The position numbers and the translations under genes are program-made. Shown here piece by piece: positions 48,603 to 57,881 of a stretch of DNA of 64,000 bases. Every line of letters starts with the position of its first letter. Position 1 is the stretch's first letter. Source of the DNA: Candidatus Aminicenantia bacterium (GTDB lineage: Bacteria > Acidobacteriota > Aminicenantia > Aminicenantales > Saccharicenantaceae); the NCBI GenBank assembly GCA_041479905.1, contig JBGOYY010000002.1, forward strand, positions 16,802-80,801, given 5' to 3'. The notes below the pieces were generated by a model. The model ran no database searches. It was not told the DNA's origin and was given only the letters and a program-made list of their open reading frames with translations.

Positions 48603-48754
48603 ATAAGATAATCGCCACGGCCCTAAACTTGGCCACTCTTGGGGAATTGTCAGGTTTAGGGCCTTCCTGTTCTGGCCCCCGCTGACGGCGATTCTGTAAT
48701 CAACGAGGGCTTTGTCTCTTCTCATGAATTCTCTTCTTATGATGGTCATGTTAT

Positions 48755-48860
48755 ATTTATATACAATAATCGGTTATTTGTCAAGATATTTATCGGTTCT
48801 ATCGGCATTTATATTATTTTTTAACTTGGCCTTGACAAACGCCTCCCTATCGGCTATATT
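48755..48860. promoter_or_regulatory. Divergent sigma70 promoters with repeated ATCGG boxes
   Basis: Plus strand TTGACA(48832)-17-TATATT; minus strand TTGACA(48784)-17-TATAAA; four [AT]ATCGG[TC] direct repeats. Confidence 0.7.
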
Positions 48861-48889
48861 ATGAGTGGCAATTGATAAGGAGCATTCTG

Positions 48890-49690
48890 ATGGAAGAGCA
48901 AGCCAAGAAAAAAAAGACCAAAGTTAGGAGTCCAAATTATCCCGGATATTCCCTTGATCGATGCATTAAATTGGTTGGCATTCTCTATGAGAATTTCAAA
49001 AGAACATCAAGCGCTATTGAGGTTGCCACAAAGTCTATCGGGTTTTCTTCTAAGAGTAGCTCCGGCATGCAAGTCATGGCCTCTCTGTCATATTATGGTC
49101 TAATCAACATAGAGGGGACTGGGGCAGATCGTAGGGTTAGCGTCTCTGATTTGGCGTTCAAGATCATCTTTGATAAGCGACCTGAATCCACAGAACGTGA
49201 GGCTGCAATTAAAGAGGCTGCATTAAACCCGGCGCTCTTTAAGAAAATCAAAGAATTTTATGGAAATCAAATTCCTAATGATTCATCCTTAGAATACGAT
49301 TTGCCATTTAAATTTAAGTTTAATCCAGGAACAGTTAGGGAGTTTATTCGGGTTTTTAAAGATACAATGGACTTTGCTAAAGTGTATGAATCTGATATAA
49401 TGGCAGGTGAGAATATATCAGAGGAGGACAGTGGCATGATACCTCAAGAAGAAAAGATGGAACCAAGGGGGCTGATTCCCCCGGGGACAATGAGGCCCCC
49501 CGTTCGCACTGTGGCTGGGGATGAGCGCGAAAAGGCCCTATATTCTCTGGGAGGCGATTTAAAAGTCCGGATTGTCTTCTCTGGCACGTCCACCATTTCA
49601 GACAAGGCTATCGAAAAACTAATGAAACTGCTCGCTATCAACAAAGAGGATTTTATCGAAGAAAAGGTTGATGACAAAGAACCAAAATAA
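48890..49690 (+). CDS. Hypothetical IS passenger protein, possibly winged-helix DNA-binding
   Basis: RBS AAGGAG; RSPNYPGYSL...ASLSYYGLI; 266 aa open frame in AT-rich DNA. Confidence 0.75.
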   Translation: MEEQAKKKKTKVRSPNYPGYSLDRCIKLVGILYENFKRTSSAIEVATKSIGFSSKSSSGMQVMASLSYYGLINIEGTGADRRVSVSDLAFKIIFDKRPESTEREAAIKEAALNPALFKKIKEFYGNQIPNDSSLEYDLPFKFKFNPGTVREFIRVFKDTMDFAKVYESDIMAGENISEEDSGMIPQEEKMEPRGLIPPGTMRPPVRTVAGDEREKALYSLGGDLKVRIVFSGTSTISDKAIEKLMKLLAINKEDFIEEKVDDKEPK

Positions 49691-49985
49691 ACCTATAAAT
49701 AGGCTCAAAGATCTAGTTGAACAACTCCACCATTGTACGGCCTCCCATATTGAAGAGGTTGCAGTAATAGAAAAATACGGCTCAAGTACCGCTTGGGAGG
49801 GCATTGTCCACGTTTTCAAAATATCGGGTCATCCCCTAACTGATATTTGCTATGCTTGGTCATCTTCAATTGAAGGCTCAACTAAGCGCCGTTATTATGC
49901 TGTTTTAAAAATATCCCCGATAGACTCCCCGGAAAAGGCCGTCCGGGCCTCAATCGTCCACGATTACAAAAAGGAGAAACCATAA
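49671..49985 (+). CDS. Hypothetical IS passenger protein
   Basis: WEGIVHVF...CYAWS...SPEKAVRASI; overlaps both neighbours. Confidence 0.7.
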   Translation: MTKNQNKPINRLKDLVEQLHHCTASHIEEVAVIEKYGSSTAWEGIVHVFKISGHPLTDICYAWSSSIEGSTKRRYYAVLKISPIDSPEKAVRASIVHDYKKEKP

Positions 49986-50125
49986 TGTCTAAAAAGCAAC
50001 CGCAAACAACTCTCAAGGGGAGGGACGCCAAGACGGGGCATTTTATCCCCGTTGAGAAGGCTCGCAAAAACCCTGACCATACCACAGTTGAGCGGGTGCC
50101 TCTCCCCGGAAAGGGCAAAAAGTAG
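49985..50125 (+). CDS. 46-aa basic IS passenger protein
   Basis: RBS AAGGAG, TAATG coupling; MSKKQPQTTLKGRDAKTGHFIPVEKARKNPDHTTVERVPLPGKGKK*. Confidence 0.7.
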   Translation: MSKKQPQTTLKGRDAKTGHFIPVEKARKNPDHTTVERVPLPGKGKK

Positions 50126-50155
50126 CCTAGTACTCTCGTAGTCTCCTGGTTTTTA

Positions 50156-50389
50156 TTATTGTATTGCCCGTTTGGGAATTGTTATGTCTCCGCTGTACTG
50201 TGCCTCCCCCTGTCTCTGACCTGCGACATGAGGGACTATCGTCCAGCATTTGGCATTCTTATTGATTAGCCAGCCCACAGATTGACAATGGAGCGGTTCT
50301 GCGGCTTTTTTTAGATCCTCAAGCGATTGCCAGCCCCGCCCTGAATGTGAATCCGTCCATTCGACTAGAACCAATTTTTCTTTTTTCAT
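50156..50389 (-). CDS. Small beta-rich, phage-like IS passenger protein
   Basis: VLVEWTDS...CQSVGWL...ITIPKRAI; ATG abuts the right inverted repeat. Confidence 0.65.
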   Translation of the reverse strand: MKKEKLVLVEWTDSHSGRGWQSLEDLKKAAEPLHCQSVGWLINKNAKCWTIVPHVAGQRQGEAQYSGDITIPKRAIQ

Positions 50390-50434
50390 ATTAGGACACT
50401 ACCCGAATGCCTCGCCGATTGACAAAATAGTTGG

Positions 50435-51829
50435 TTACCCGACGAATTCCCGCTCGATCTGTTCCAAGGTTTTTCCCTTGGTCTCCCGGACGCGGGACCT
50501 GATGAAGATGAAACCGAGGACGCTCGTCCCGGCGTAGATCCAGAACGTCCCGGCCGGGCCGAGGCTCTTGTTGAGGAGCGGGAAGGTGTAGGTCAGCACG
50601 AAACAAGCCGACCAGAGGGAAAACGTCGAGACGGACATGGCCGCGCCCCGGATGCGGTTGGGGAAGATCTCCGAGAGGAGGACCCATGTCACCGGGGCGA
50701 GGGACAGGGCGTAGAGAGCCATGGCGACGACGACGAGGGCCAGGAGATGAACGCCCTTGCTGTGGAAGGCGTAGCTCGCGCCGATGAGGCCGAAGACGAC
50801 GGCCAGACCCGCGGAGCCGGCCATCATCAGCGGCTTCCGGCCCAGCCTGTCGACGAGGCGGATGGCGATGAGGGTGAAGATCAGGTTGACCGTGCCGGTG
50901 ATGACGATGTTGAAGAGGACGTCGCTCACGCCGTAGCCCGCGGCGGTGAAGATCTCCTCGGCGTAATAGAAAATGACGTTGATGCCGCACCACTGCTGGT
51001 AGACGGCCAGAACGACGCCGACGACAAGGACCTTGGCCAGGCCCGGCCCGAGGAGGGAGCGGAAGTGGACCTTCCGGATCTCGCCGGTCGCCAGGGTGTC
51101 GCGGATCTCACCCAGGGCCTGTCCGGCGAAGCCGGTCCCGCCGACCCTGGCCAGGATCTTTTCGGCTTCCGCATCGCGCCCGTTCTTGACCAGCCAGCGC
51201 GGGCTTTCCGGGATGAGGAACATCAGCAGGAAGAAGAGAAAAGCGGGGACGGCCTCGGCGCCGAACATCCAGCGCCAGCCGGTCTGTCCGTTCCAGGACG
51301 CGAGGATATCGGCGGCCGTTGCCCCGGCCGGGACGGGCTTGGCGATGAGCCAGTTGACGAGTTGGGCGGCCAGGATGCCGATGACGATGGTCAGCTGGTT
51401 GACGGAGACGAACTTGCCCCGCATCGCGGCCGGCGAGATCTCGGCGATGTACATGGGCGAGAGGTTCGAGGCCAGGCCGATGGCGACGCCGCCGAGGATG
51501 CGGTTCCCGATGAAGAACGAGAAGCTCGGGGCCAGGGCGGTCAGGATGCCCGTCCCGGTGAAGAGGAACCCGGCCAGGATGAGGAGCCGCTTCCGGCCGA
51601 AACGGTCGCTCAGCCCGCCGGAGACGAGCGACCCGATGAGACAGCCGACGAGGGCGCTCGACATGGCCCAGCCGATCTGGGACGGTGTCGTCAGTCCGAA
51701 GAATTTCTCGTAGAAGGGCTTGGCCCCGCCGATGACGACCCAATCGTAGCCGAAGAGAAGCCCGCCCATGGCCGAGATGAGGGTTGTCGTCCAGATAAAG
51801 CGCATGTTGAAGGCGGGGCGTTCGCTCAT
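50435..51829 (-). CDS. Sugar porter family MFS transporter (XylE/AraE-like)
   Basis: GGLLFGYD, DRFGRK, PESPRWL, QQWCGIN, SEIFP, ETKGKTLE. Confidence 0.95.
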   Translation of the reverse strand: MSERPAFNMRFIWTTTLISAMGGLLFGYDWVVIGGAKPFYEKFFGLTTPSQIGWAMSSALVGCLIGSLVSGGLSDRFGRKRLLILAGFLFTGTGILTALAPSFSFFIGNRILGGVAIGLASNLSPMYIAEISPAAMRGKFVSVNQLTIVIGILAAQLVNWLIAKPVPAGATAADILASWNGQTGWRWMFGAEAVPAFLFFLLMFLIPESPRWLVKNGRDAEAEKILARVGGTGFAGQALGEIRDTLATGEIRKVHFRSLLGPGLAKVLVVGVVLAVYQQWCGINVIFYYAEEIFTAAGYGVSDVLFNIVITGTVNLIFTLIAIRLVDRLGRKPLMMAGSAGLAVVFGLIGASYAFHSKGVHLLALVVVAMALYALSLAPVTWVLLSEIFPNRIRGAAMSVSTFSLWSACFVLTYTFPLLNKSLGPAGTFWIYAGTSVLGFIFIRSRVRETKGKTLEQIEREFVG

Positions 51830-51942
51830 GGCTTCTCCTAACGGTCCGGCGCGGATTCCTGTCGGGGCCGCCGGATGACCCCGGAAAGGGATTTTTATAC
51901 TAAATCAGGGGAAAAGTGTAGAAGTTTCGTCTAAAAAAGTGC

Positions 51943-51971
51943 TTGATTTGTGGTCTGATATCTGATATATT
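51943..51971 (+). promoter_or_regulatory. Sigma70 promoter with TCTGATA tandem repeat (possible operator)
   Basis: TTGATT-17-TATATT; TCTGATA x2 at 51954-51967. Confidence 0.55.
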
Positions 51972-52027
51972 ACGACTAAATAGAAGGCAGAGAGACCGAA
52001 ATCGACGGGAACCGCGGAGGACTTAGC

Positions 52028-52933
52028 GTGACAGGCAAGGTTTTCGACATCAAGCGCTACTCGATCCACGACGGGCCGGGCATCCGGACGACCGTCTTCC
52101 TCAAGGGCTGTTCCCTGCGCTGTCTCTGGTGCCACAATCCCGAAAGCGTCGACCCCGGACCCGAACTCATGCACTGGCCGGGACGGTGCTCCCGTTGTTA
52201 CGCTTGTATCGAGGCCTGTCCGAAGGGCGCCATCGCCAAGGACGCCGCGGGCGCCGTCGTCATCGACAGGAAGGTCTGCGACCTCTGCGGCAAGTGCGCC
52301 GAAGCCTGCCTCTACGACGCCATGCAGATGGTCGGCCGCGAGATAAGCGTCGAGGACGTCCTGGCCGAGGTCGAGAAGGACCGGGTTTTTTACGAGCAAT
52401 CGGGCGGGGGCCTGACGCTCTCCGGCGGCGACCCGTTCGTCCAGGCAGCGTTCGCCGAAGCGCTTCTCGACGGCTGCCGCTCCCGCGGCATCCGCACGGC
52501 CGTGGACACCGCCGGCTACTCCAAGAACGGCGTCCTCGACCTCATGGCCTCGAAGACCGACCTTATCCTCTATGACCTGAAGTGCATGGACGACGCCCGG
52601 CACAAAGAGCTCACCGGCGTTTCGAATGTCCCCATCATCGACAACCTGAAGCGCCTGGCCGCGGGCCGAACCGAAGTCTGGGTCCGCCTCCCGCTCGTCA
52701 TCGGCGTCAACGACGACGACGACAATATCCGGCGGACGATCGCCTTTCTCTCGTCCTTGAAAACGATACGGCGGGTCGGCATCCTGCCCTACCATTCCGG
52801 CGGCCTGGAAAAGGCCCGCAGGATCGGTAAAGAGTCACATTTCCGGAAATTCGAGACTCCTTCCGAAGAGCGCATCGCCGCCATCGAGGCCGCGTTCCGG
52901 GAGGCGGGTTTCGAGGTCCGGCGCGGAGGATGA
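52028..52933 (+). CDS. Glycyl-radical enzyme activating protein
   Basis: HDGPGIRTTVFLKGCSLRCLWCHNPE plus ferredoxin insert. Confidence 0.95.
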   Translation: MTGKVFDIKRYSIHDGPGIRTTVFLKGCSLRCLWCHNPESVDPGPELMHWPGRCSRCYACIEACPKGAIAKDAAGAVVIDRKVCDLCGKCAEACLYDAMQMVGREISVEDVLAEVEKDRVFYEQSGGGLTLSGGDPFVQAAFAEALLDGCRSRGIRTAVDTAGYSKNGVLDLMASKTDLILYDLKCMDDARHKELTGVSNVPIIDNLKRLAAGRTEVWVRLPLVIGVNDDDDNIRRTIAFLSSLKTIRRVGILPYHSGGLEKARRIGKESHFRKFETPSEERIAAIEAAFREAGFEVRRGG

Positions 52934-55299
52934 CCATGAACGAACGCATCAAGAAGCTCAGGGCGCAGACGCTCGAAGCCAAGCCGACGATCAGCGCCGA
53001 GCGGGCCAAGCTCGTCACTGACTTCTACAAGAGGCCCGAAACGCGCGGCCTGTCGAGCCCGATGTTGCACGCCCTGGTCTTCAAGCACATCATGGAGAAT
53101 AAGAGCGTCGTCTTTAACGAGGACGAGCTCATCGTCGGGGAACGCGGCCCCGCGCCCAAGGCGACGCCGACTTACCCCGAGGTCTGCATCCACTCCCTCC
53201 AGGACCTTCAATACCTCAACGATCGGAAAAAGACCGCCTTCGCCTCGGACGAGGAGACGCGCCGGCTCTACGCCGAGGAGATCATTCCCTTCTGGAAGGG
53301 CCGCTCGCAGAGGGACCGCATCTTCGCCGAGATGACCCGGGAATGGATCGACGCCTACGAGGCCGGCGTCTTCACCGAGTTCATGGAACAGCGCGCCCCG
53401 GGCCACACCGTCCTCGACGGCAAGATCTACAAGAAAGGCATGCTCGACTTCAAGAAGGACATCGAAGCGGCCCTGGCCGGCCTCGACTTCATGACCGATC
53501 CGGAGGCCTACGATAAGCAGGAAGAGCTCAAGGCCATGGCCGTGAGCGCGGACGCTATCGTCGCCTTCGCACGGAGGCACGCCGAGAAAGCCCGCGAGCA
53601 GGCGACGAACGAGAAAGACGCCGTCCGGAAAAAAGAGCTTGAGAGGATCGCCGAAGTCTGCGACTGGGTGCCGGCCAACGCGCCGCGCGATTTCTGGGAG
53701 GCCCTCCAGGCCTACTGGTTCGTCCACCTCGGTGTCATCACCGAATACAACACCTGGGATTCCTTCAACCCGGGCCGTCTCGACCAGCACCTCGGACCGT
53801 TCTACCAGGAAGGGCTGGCCGACGGCACCCTGACGAAGGAGAGCGCCCGGGAGCTCCTCCAGGCCTTCTGGGTCAAATTCAACAACCAGCCCGCTCCGCC
53901 CAAGGTCGGCGTCACGGCCGAGGAGAGCGGCACCTACACCGATTTTGCCCTGATCAATATCGGCGGCTTGAAGGAGGACGGGACGGACGGCGTCAACGAG
54001 CTGTCCTATCTCATCCTCGACGTCATCGAGGAGATGCGCATCCTCCAGCCGAGCTCGATGGTCCAAGTCAGCGCCAAGGGGCCGGACTCCTTCCTCCTGC
54101 GGGCCCTCAAGATCGTCAAGACCGGCTTCGGCCAGCCCTCGATCTTCAACACCGACGCCATCGTCCAGGAGCTCGTCCGCCAGGGCAAATCGGTCGTCGA
54201 CGCCAGGAACGGCGGCGCCAGCGGCTGCGTCGAGTCCGGGGCCTTCGGCAAAGAGGCCTACATCCTGACCGGGTATTTCAACCTGCCGAAGATCTTCGAG
54301 ATCACCCTCGGAAACGGCGTCGACCCGAGGACGGGGAAGAAAATAGGGCTCGAAACGGGCGACCCGACGGCGTTCGCGACCTTCGACAAGCTCTTCGAGG
54401 CCTTCCGCAAACAGATCCGGCACTTCGTCGACATCAAGGTCCGCGGCAGCAACGTCATCGAAAGGCTCTACGCAACGTATCTACCCGCACCGTTCCTGTC
54501 CGTGCTCGTCGACGACTGCGTCAAGAACGGCAAGGACTACCACGCCGGAGGCGCCCGCTACAACACGAACTACATCCAGGGCGTCGGCATGGGCACGATC
54601 ACCGACATCCTCAGCGCCGTCCGTTACAACGTCTACGACAACAAGCACTTCGCGATGAAGGAGCTCCTGGCCGCGCTCGAAAGCAATTTCGTCGGCTACG
54701 AGACGCTCCGCCAGCGTGTCCTCAACCGGACGCCGAAGTTCGGAAACGACGACGACTACGCCGACAGCCTGATGAAGCGGGTCTTCGAGGCCTACTTCGA
54801 GGCGGTCGACGGCCGACCGACGCCGCGCGGCGGCTCGTACCGGATCAACCTCCTGCCGACGACGGCCCACATCTACTTCGGGAAGATGACCGGGGCCACG
54901 GCGGACGGGAGACTGGCGGGGGATGCCGTTTCGGAAGGCGTTTCACCGGTCCAGGGCGCCGACCGCAAGGGCCCGACGGCCGTCATCAAGTCGCTCGGCA
55001 AGATGGACCACGTCCGGACGGGCGGGACGCTCCTCAACCAGAAATTCACGCCCCAGCTTCTGGCCGACGATACGGGTTTGGCCGCGGTCAAGGATCTGGT
55101 GAGGTCCTACTTCCGGCTCATGGGCCATCACATCCAGTTCAACGTCGTCACGGCCGACCTCTTAAGGGAAGCGCAGGCCCAACCCGAGAAGTATCGCGAC
55201 CTCATCGTCCGCGTCGCCGGCTACAGCGACTACTTCGTCGACTGCAGCACCGAGCTCCAGGACGAGATCATCCACCGCACCGAGCACCAGGAGCTCTAG
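52930..55299 (+). CDS. hypD: Glycyl radical enzyme, trans-4-hydroxy-L-proline dehydratase
   Basis: APGHT, WDSF, ESGTYTDF, SGCVE, YILTGY, LPTT and RVAGYS match the HypD active-site pattern as I recall it. Confidence 0.85.
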   Translation: MTMNERIKKLRAQTLEAKPTISAERAKLVTDFYKRPETRGLSSPMLHALVFKHIMENKSVVFNEDELIVGERGPAPKATPTYPEVCIHSLQDLQYLNDRKKTAFASDEETRRLYAEEIIPFWKGRSQRDRIFAEMTREWIDAYEAGVFTEFMEQRAPGHTVLDGKIYKKGMLDFKKDIEAALAGLDFMTDPEAYDKQEELKAMAVSADAIVAFARRHAEKAREQATNEKDAVRKKELERIAEVCDWVPANAPRDFWEALQAYWFVHLGVITEYNTWDSFNPGRLDQHLGPFYQEGLADGTLTKESARELLQAFWVKFNNQPAPPKVGVTAEESGTYTDFALINIGGLKEDGTDGVNELSYLILDVIEEMRILQPSSMVQVSAKGPDSFLLRALKIVKTGFGQPSIFNTDAIVQELVRQGKSVVDARNGGASGCVESGAFGKEAYILTGYFNLPKIFEITLGNGVDPRTGKKIGLETGDPTAFATFDKLFEAFRKQIRHFVDIKVRGSNVIERLYATYLPAPFLSVLVDDCVKNGKDYHAGGARYNTNYIQGVGMGTITDILSAVRYNVYDNKHFAMKELLAALESNFVGYETLRQRVLNRTPKFGNDDDYADSLMKRVFEAYFEAVDGRPTPRGGSYRINLLPTTAHIYFGKMTGATADGRLAGDAVSEGVSPVQGADRKGPTAVIKSLGKMDHVRTGGTLLNQKFTPQLLADDTGLAAVKDLVRSYFRLMGHHIQFNVVTADLLREAQAQPEKYRDLIVRVAGYSDYFVDCSTELQDEIIHRTEHQEL

Positions 55300-55332
55300 G
55301 GACTGTCCCCGTTTGGGGGCCGTCCCTCTGAT

Positions 55333-56124
55333 TCACTTGGCCTTGGCCGCAGGAGCGAAAGACAGGTCGGGCCGGACCGAGCCCGTCTTGAACTCGTATT
55401 TCCGCATCAGGGACAACACCTTGTTCCAGATGTCGGTGATCTCCTGGCCCAAGATCTTATCCGTCTTTTCGGACGTCATGAAAAAGTCGCCCGCCGTCCG
55501 GCCGAACTCCGTATAGAAGTAGAGCGGCGCATCCGTCCCGATCCCGCCGATAAAGGTGTTGAATTGGATGGTGAGCTTCTTGGACTTGCAGAGCTCCACG
55601 ATTTTCTTGAAAAGGGCCTCGAATTCTTTTTCCCTCCCTGGCATGACGTAGCAGAATCCCCAGTAGGCGAACTTTTCCTCTTCGGGTTTGAGCCGAGGCT
55701 TTTCGGGGATGTAGGACAGCTCGGGGTAGAACGTGAATGTTCCCTGCTTGTAGTACTCGGTGGCGTCACCCATCTTCTTGTTGAGGGCGTCCCATTTGTC
55801 CGCCCCGATCCTGCCGAGGATTTCAACGAAGGTGGCGAATGCCTTGTCGATCTCGGCCATGTTCTCGAACGGATAGACGAAATAGTAATGAAAATCCTCC
55901 GTGACGTAGGTTCCGACCGGCCACGGCCAATTGTGCGGTTTAAAGACCGTTGCCATGAATTCTTTGAATGCCGCTTCGAATTGAGGAACCATGGACGGCT
56001 TGACCACATAATCCTCGACGAAATAGAGCTGGGGTTTTTTCTCCTGCGCGGCCGCAGCGACAGTGAGCGCCAGGACGCAAACCGCCAGGAAAAGAAAGAC
56101 GCCTGCCCATTTTTTGGGTTTCAT
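55333..56124 (-). CDS. Hypothetical exported protein, two NIPSNAP-like alpha/beta repeats
   Basis: Signal peptide; two similar halves (YVVKPSMVPQFE / YVMPGREKEFE; PELSY / PDLSF). Confidence 0.75.
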   Translation of the reverse strand: MKPKKWAGVFLFLAVCVLALTVAAAAQEKKPQLYFVEDYVVKPSMVPQFEAAFKEFMATVFKPHNWPWPVGTYVTEDFHYYFVYPFENMAEIDKAFATFVEILGRIGADKWDALNKKMGDATEYYKQGTFTFYPELSYIPEKPRLKPEEEKFAYWGFCYVMPGREKEFEALFKKIVELCKSKKLTIQFNTFIGGIGTDAPLYFYTEFGRTAGDFFMTSEKTDKILGQEITDIWNKVLSLMRKYEFKTGSVRPDLSFAPAAKAK

Positions 56125-56489
56125 AGATCCCCTCCTCGAGAAGAAATAGAAAATGGCCGAATCCTGACGGACCGGTCGATTTTCGGCTATTGTTATCCCC
56201 CGGAAGGCAATTGGAGTCTAGACCAGGAGATGGGCTTTGTCAACGGCCTTAAAAAGAGTGTGCTGAGCCCGGCCCTCGGATCCTTCTAGACGGACCCAAG
56301 CACGCGATATAGCCGGCATCTTTGGACCATTTGCGTTTTGCCCACCGTCTCGGGCTTGACTTCTCCGGGCGTTGATGGCTATCATCCGCAGAAGAGAATC
56401 GAAGACAACATGGGGGGTGGCTATCTCTTTCCCCCATCAAGACAGCCTCGATGTCTTGGGGGATTCTTCGCCGGAAGGAGGGTTATCGG

Positions 56490-57782
56490 ATGGATCGTCA
56501 AACTCATGTCAGGGTCATTTGGGTATTCGTTTTTCTTGGGCTATTCTGCGGCCTTGCCGCCGGGCAGATGCTGGCCGCCACGACGGCGCTGCGCGTCGGA
56601 CACCTGATCGACCCGGCGACGGGCGCGGTCGCTGCGAACCAGGTCATCCTGGTCAAGGACGGCAAGATCGCGGAGGTCGGTCCAAGCGTCAAGATCCCCG
56701 CCGGGGCCGAGGTCATCGACCTCTCGAGATCCTGGGTCATGCCCGGGCTTATGGACGCCCACACGCATATCACCCTCGGGACCTTGGATTTGACCGCGGG
56801 TATCGAGGCCGGCTATCTCAAGCAGAGCTCTGCCGCGCGCGCTCTGATCGGTCTCCGCAACGCCCAGGATGTCCTCCGGGCGGGGTTCACGACGATCCGC
56901 GATGTCGGCAACGAGGCCAACTTCGCCTCGGTGGACCTCCGGGACGCCATTAACAGGGGCTTGTTCGACGGGCCGACCATCCTGACCACCGGGAAGATCA
57001 TCGCCCCCTTCGGCGGCCAGTCCATGCGAATCTCACCGGAACAAGGGCGGTTCTGGCTCTACGAGTACATCGACGCCGATACGCCCGACGAGGTCCGGAA
57101 GGCCGTTCGCCAAGTCATTTTTTACGGCGCGGACGCCGTCAAGCTCGTGGCCGACAACAGCCCCTTCTATTATTCTCTCGCTGAGATCCAAGCGGCCGTT
57201 TCGGAAGGGCATGCCGCGGGCCGGGCTGTTTCCGTGCACGTCTTCGCCGGAGGGGAGCCGGCCCGCAACTGCATCCTCGGGGGAGTGGACTCGATCGAGC
57301 ACGGCATGCTGCTCGAGGACGATCTGCTGACCCTCATGAAAGAAAAAGGGACGGCCCTGGTCAGCACGGATTTTCCCGAGTCCCACATCGCGGCCCTCGA
57401 CCCGAACGGCCTTTACTTCGGATCGGCAAAAGAGTTCGCGGGCATGATCATCGACCGCCTCAGACGGGCTCACCGGATCGGCGTGACGCTCGTTTTCGGC
57501 ACGGACACGGTCAAGAATCTCCCGGGAAAGATCAAGCCGGAGATGATGCTGGATTATCTCGCCGTCTGGCAGGCGGCGGGAATTCCGGCCGCCGAAACGC
57601 TCAAGGCCATGACGACGAACGCGGCCAAGCTGCTCCGCATCGAGAAGATCCGGGGGACGATCGCCGCCGGTTTCGCCGCCGACCTCATCGCGACACCGGC
57701 CAGCCCGCTCGACGACGTCCAGGCGCTCCGCCGCGTCATGTTCGTGATGAAGGACGGCAAGGTCATCCGGCACGAAAAATGA
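56490..57782 (+). CDS. Exported amidohydrolase (Xaa-Pro dipeptidase-like)
   Basis: PGLMDAHTH, GFTTIRDVG, GADAVK, SIEHG, FGTD, ADLIA. Confidence 0.88.
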   Translation: MDRQTHVRVIWVFVFLGLFCGLAAGQMLAATTALRVGHLIDPATGAVAANQVILVKDGKIAEVGPSVKIPAGAEVIDLSRSWVMPGLMDAHTHITLGTLDLTAGIEAGYLKQSSAARALIGLRNAQDVLRAGFTTIRDVGNEANFASVDLRDAINRGLFDGPTILTTGKIIAPFGGQSMRISPEQGRFWLYEYIDADTPDEVRKAVRQVIFYGADAVKLVADNSPFYYSLAEIQAAVSEGHAAGRAVSVHVFAGGEPARNCILGGVDSIEHGMLLEDDLLTLMKEKGTALVSTDFPESHIAALDPNGLYFGSAKEFAGMIIDRLRRAHRIGVTLVFGTDTVKNLPGKIKPEMMLDYLAVWQAAGIPAAETLKAMTTNAAKLLRIEKIRGTIAAGFAADLIATPASPLDDVQALRRVMFVMKDGKVIRHEK

Positions 57783-57881
57783 ACGGAGGCTGCCCGGGCA
57801 CCGTTGGTCCGTAACATGTCCTTGACGAGCGCTTAGGACCAGTGAAGGCTGGTCCTTGCTGCGGGTTCAAAGGAGCAAGAG

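Larger units (their letters stand above)
47656..50403. mobile_element. Complete IS1-family element with passenger genes, 2748 bp
   Basis: Perfect 14-bp terminal inverted repeats GGTAGTGTCCTAAT (47656-47669, 50390-50403); 8-bp direct repeat CGAATGCC (47648-47655, 50404-50411). Confidence 0.93.
42400..50430. mobile_element. AT-rich horizontally acquired island (defence genes plus IS element); boundaries approximate
   Basis: Abrupt drop in GC and codon bias between the SpoIIM-like and sugar porter genes; no integrase or att pair found. Confidence 0.8.

Noticed and set aside
48480-48749. 89-aa ORF and the N-terminal extension of the transposase to 48561
   Set aside because: Both overlap the structured RNA region and have no recognisable protein features.
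56340-56480. Riboswitch in the amidohydrolase leader
   Set aside because: Alternative hairpins exist, but I could not match any known aptamer consensus.
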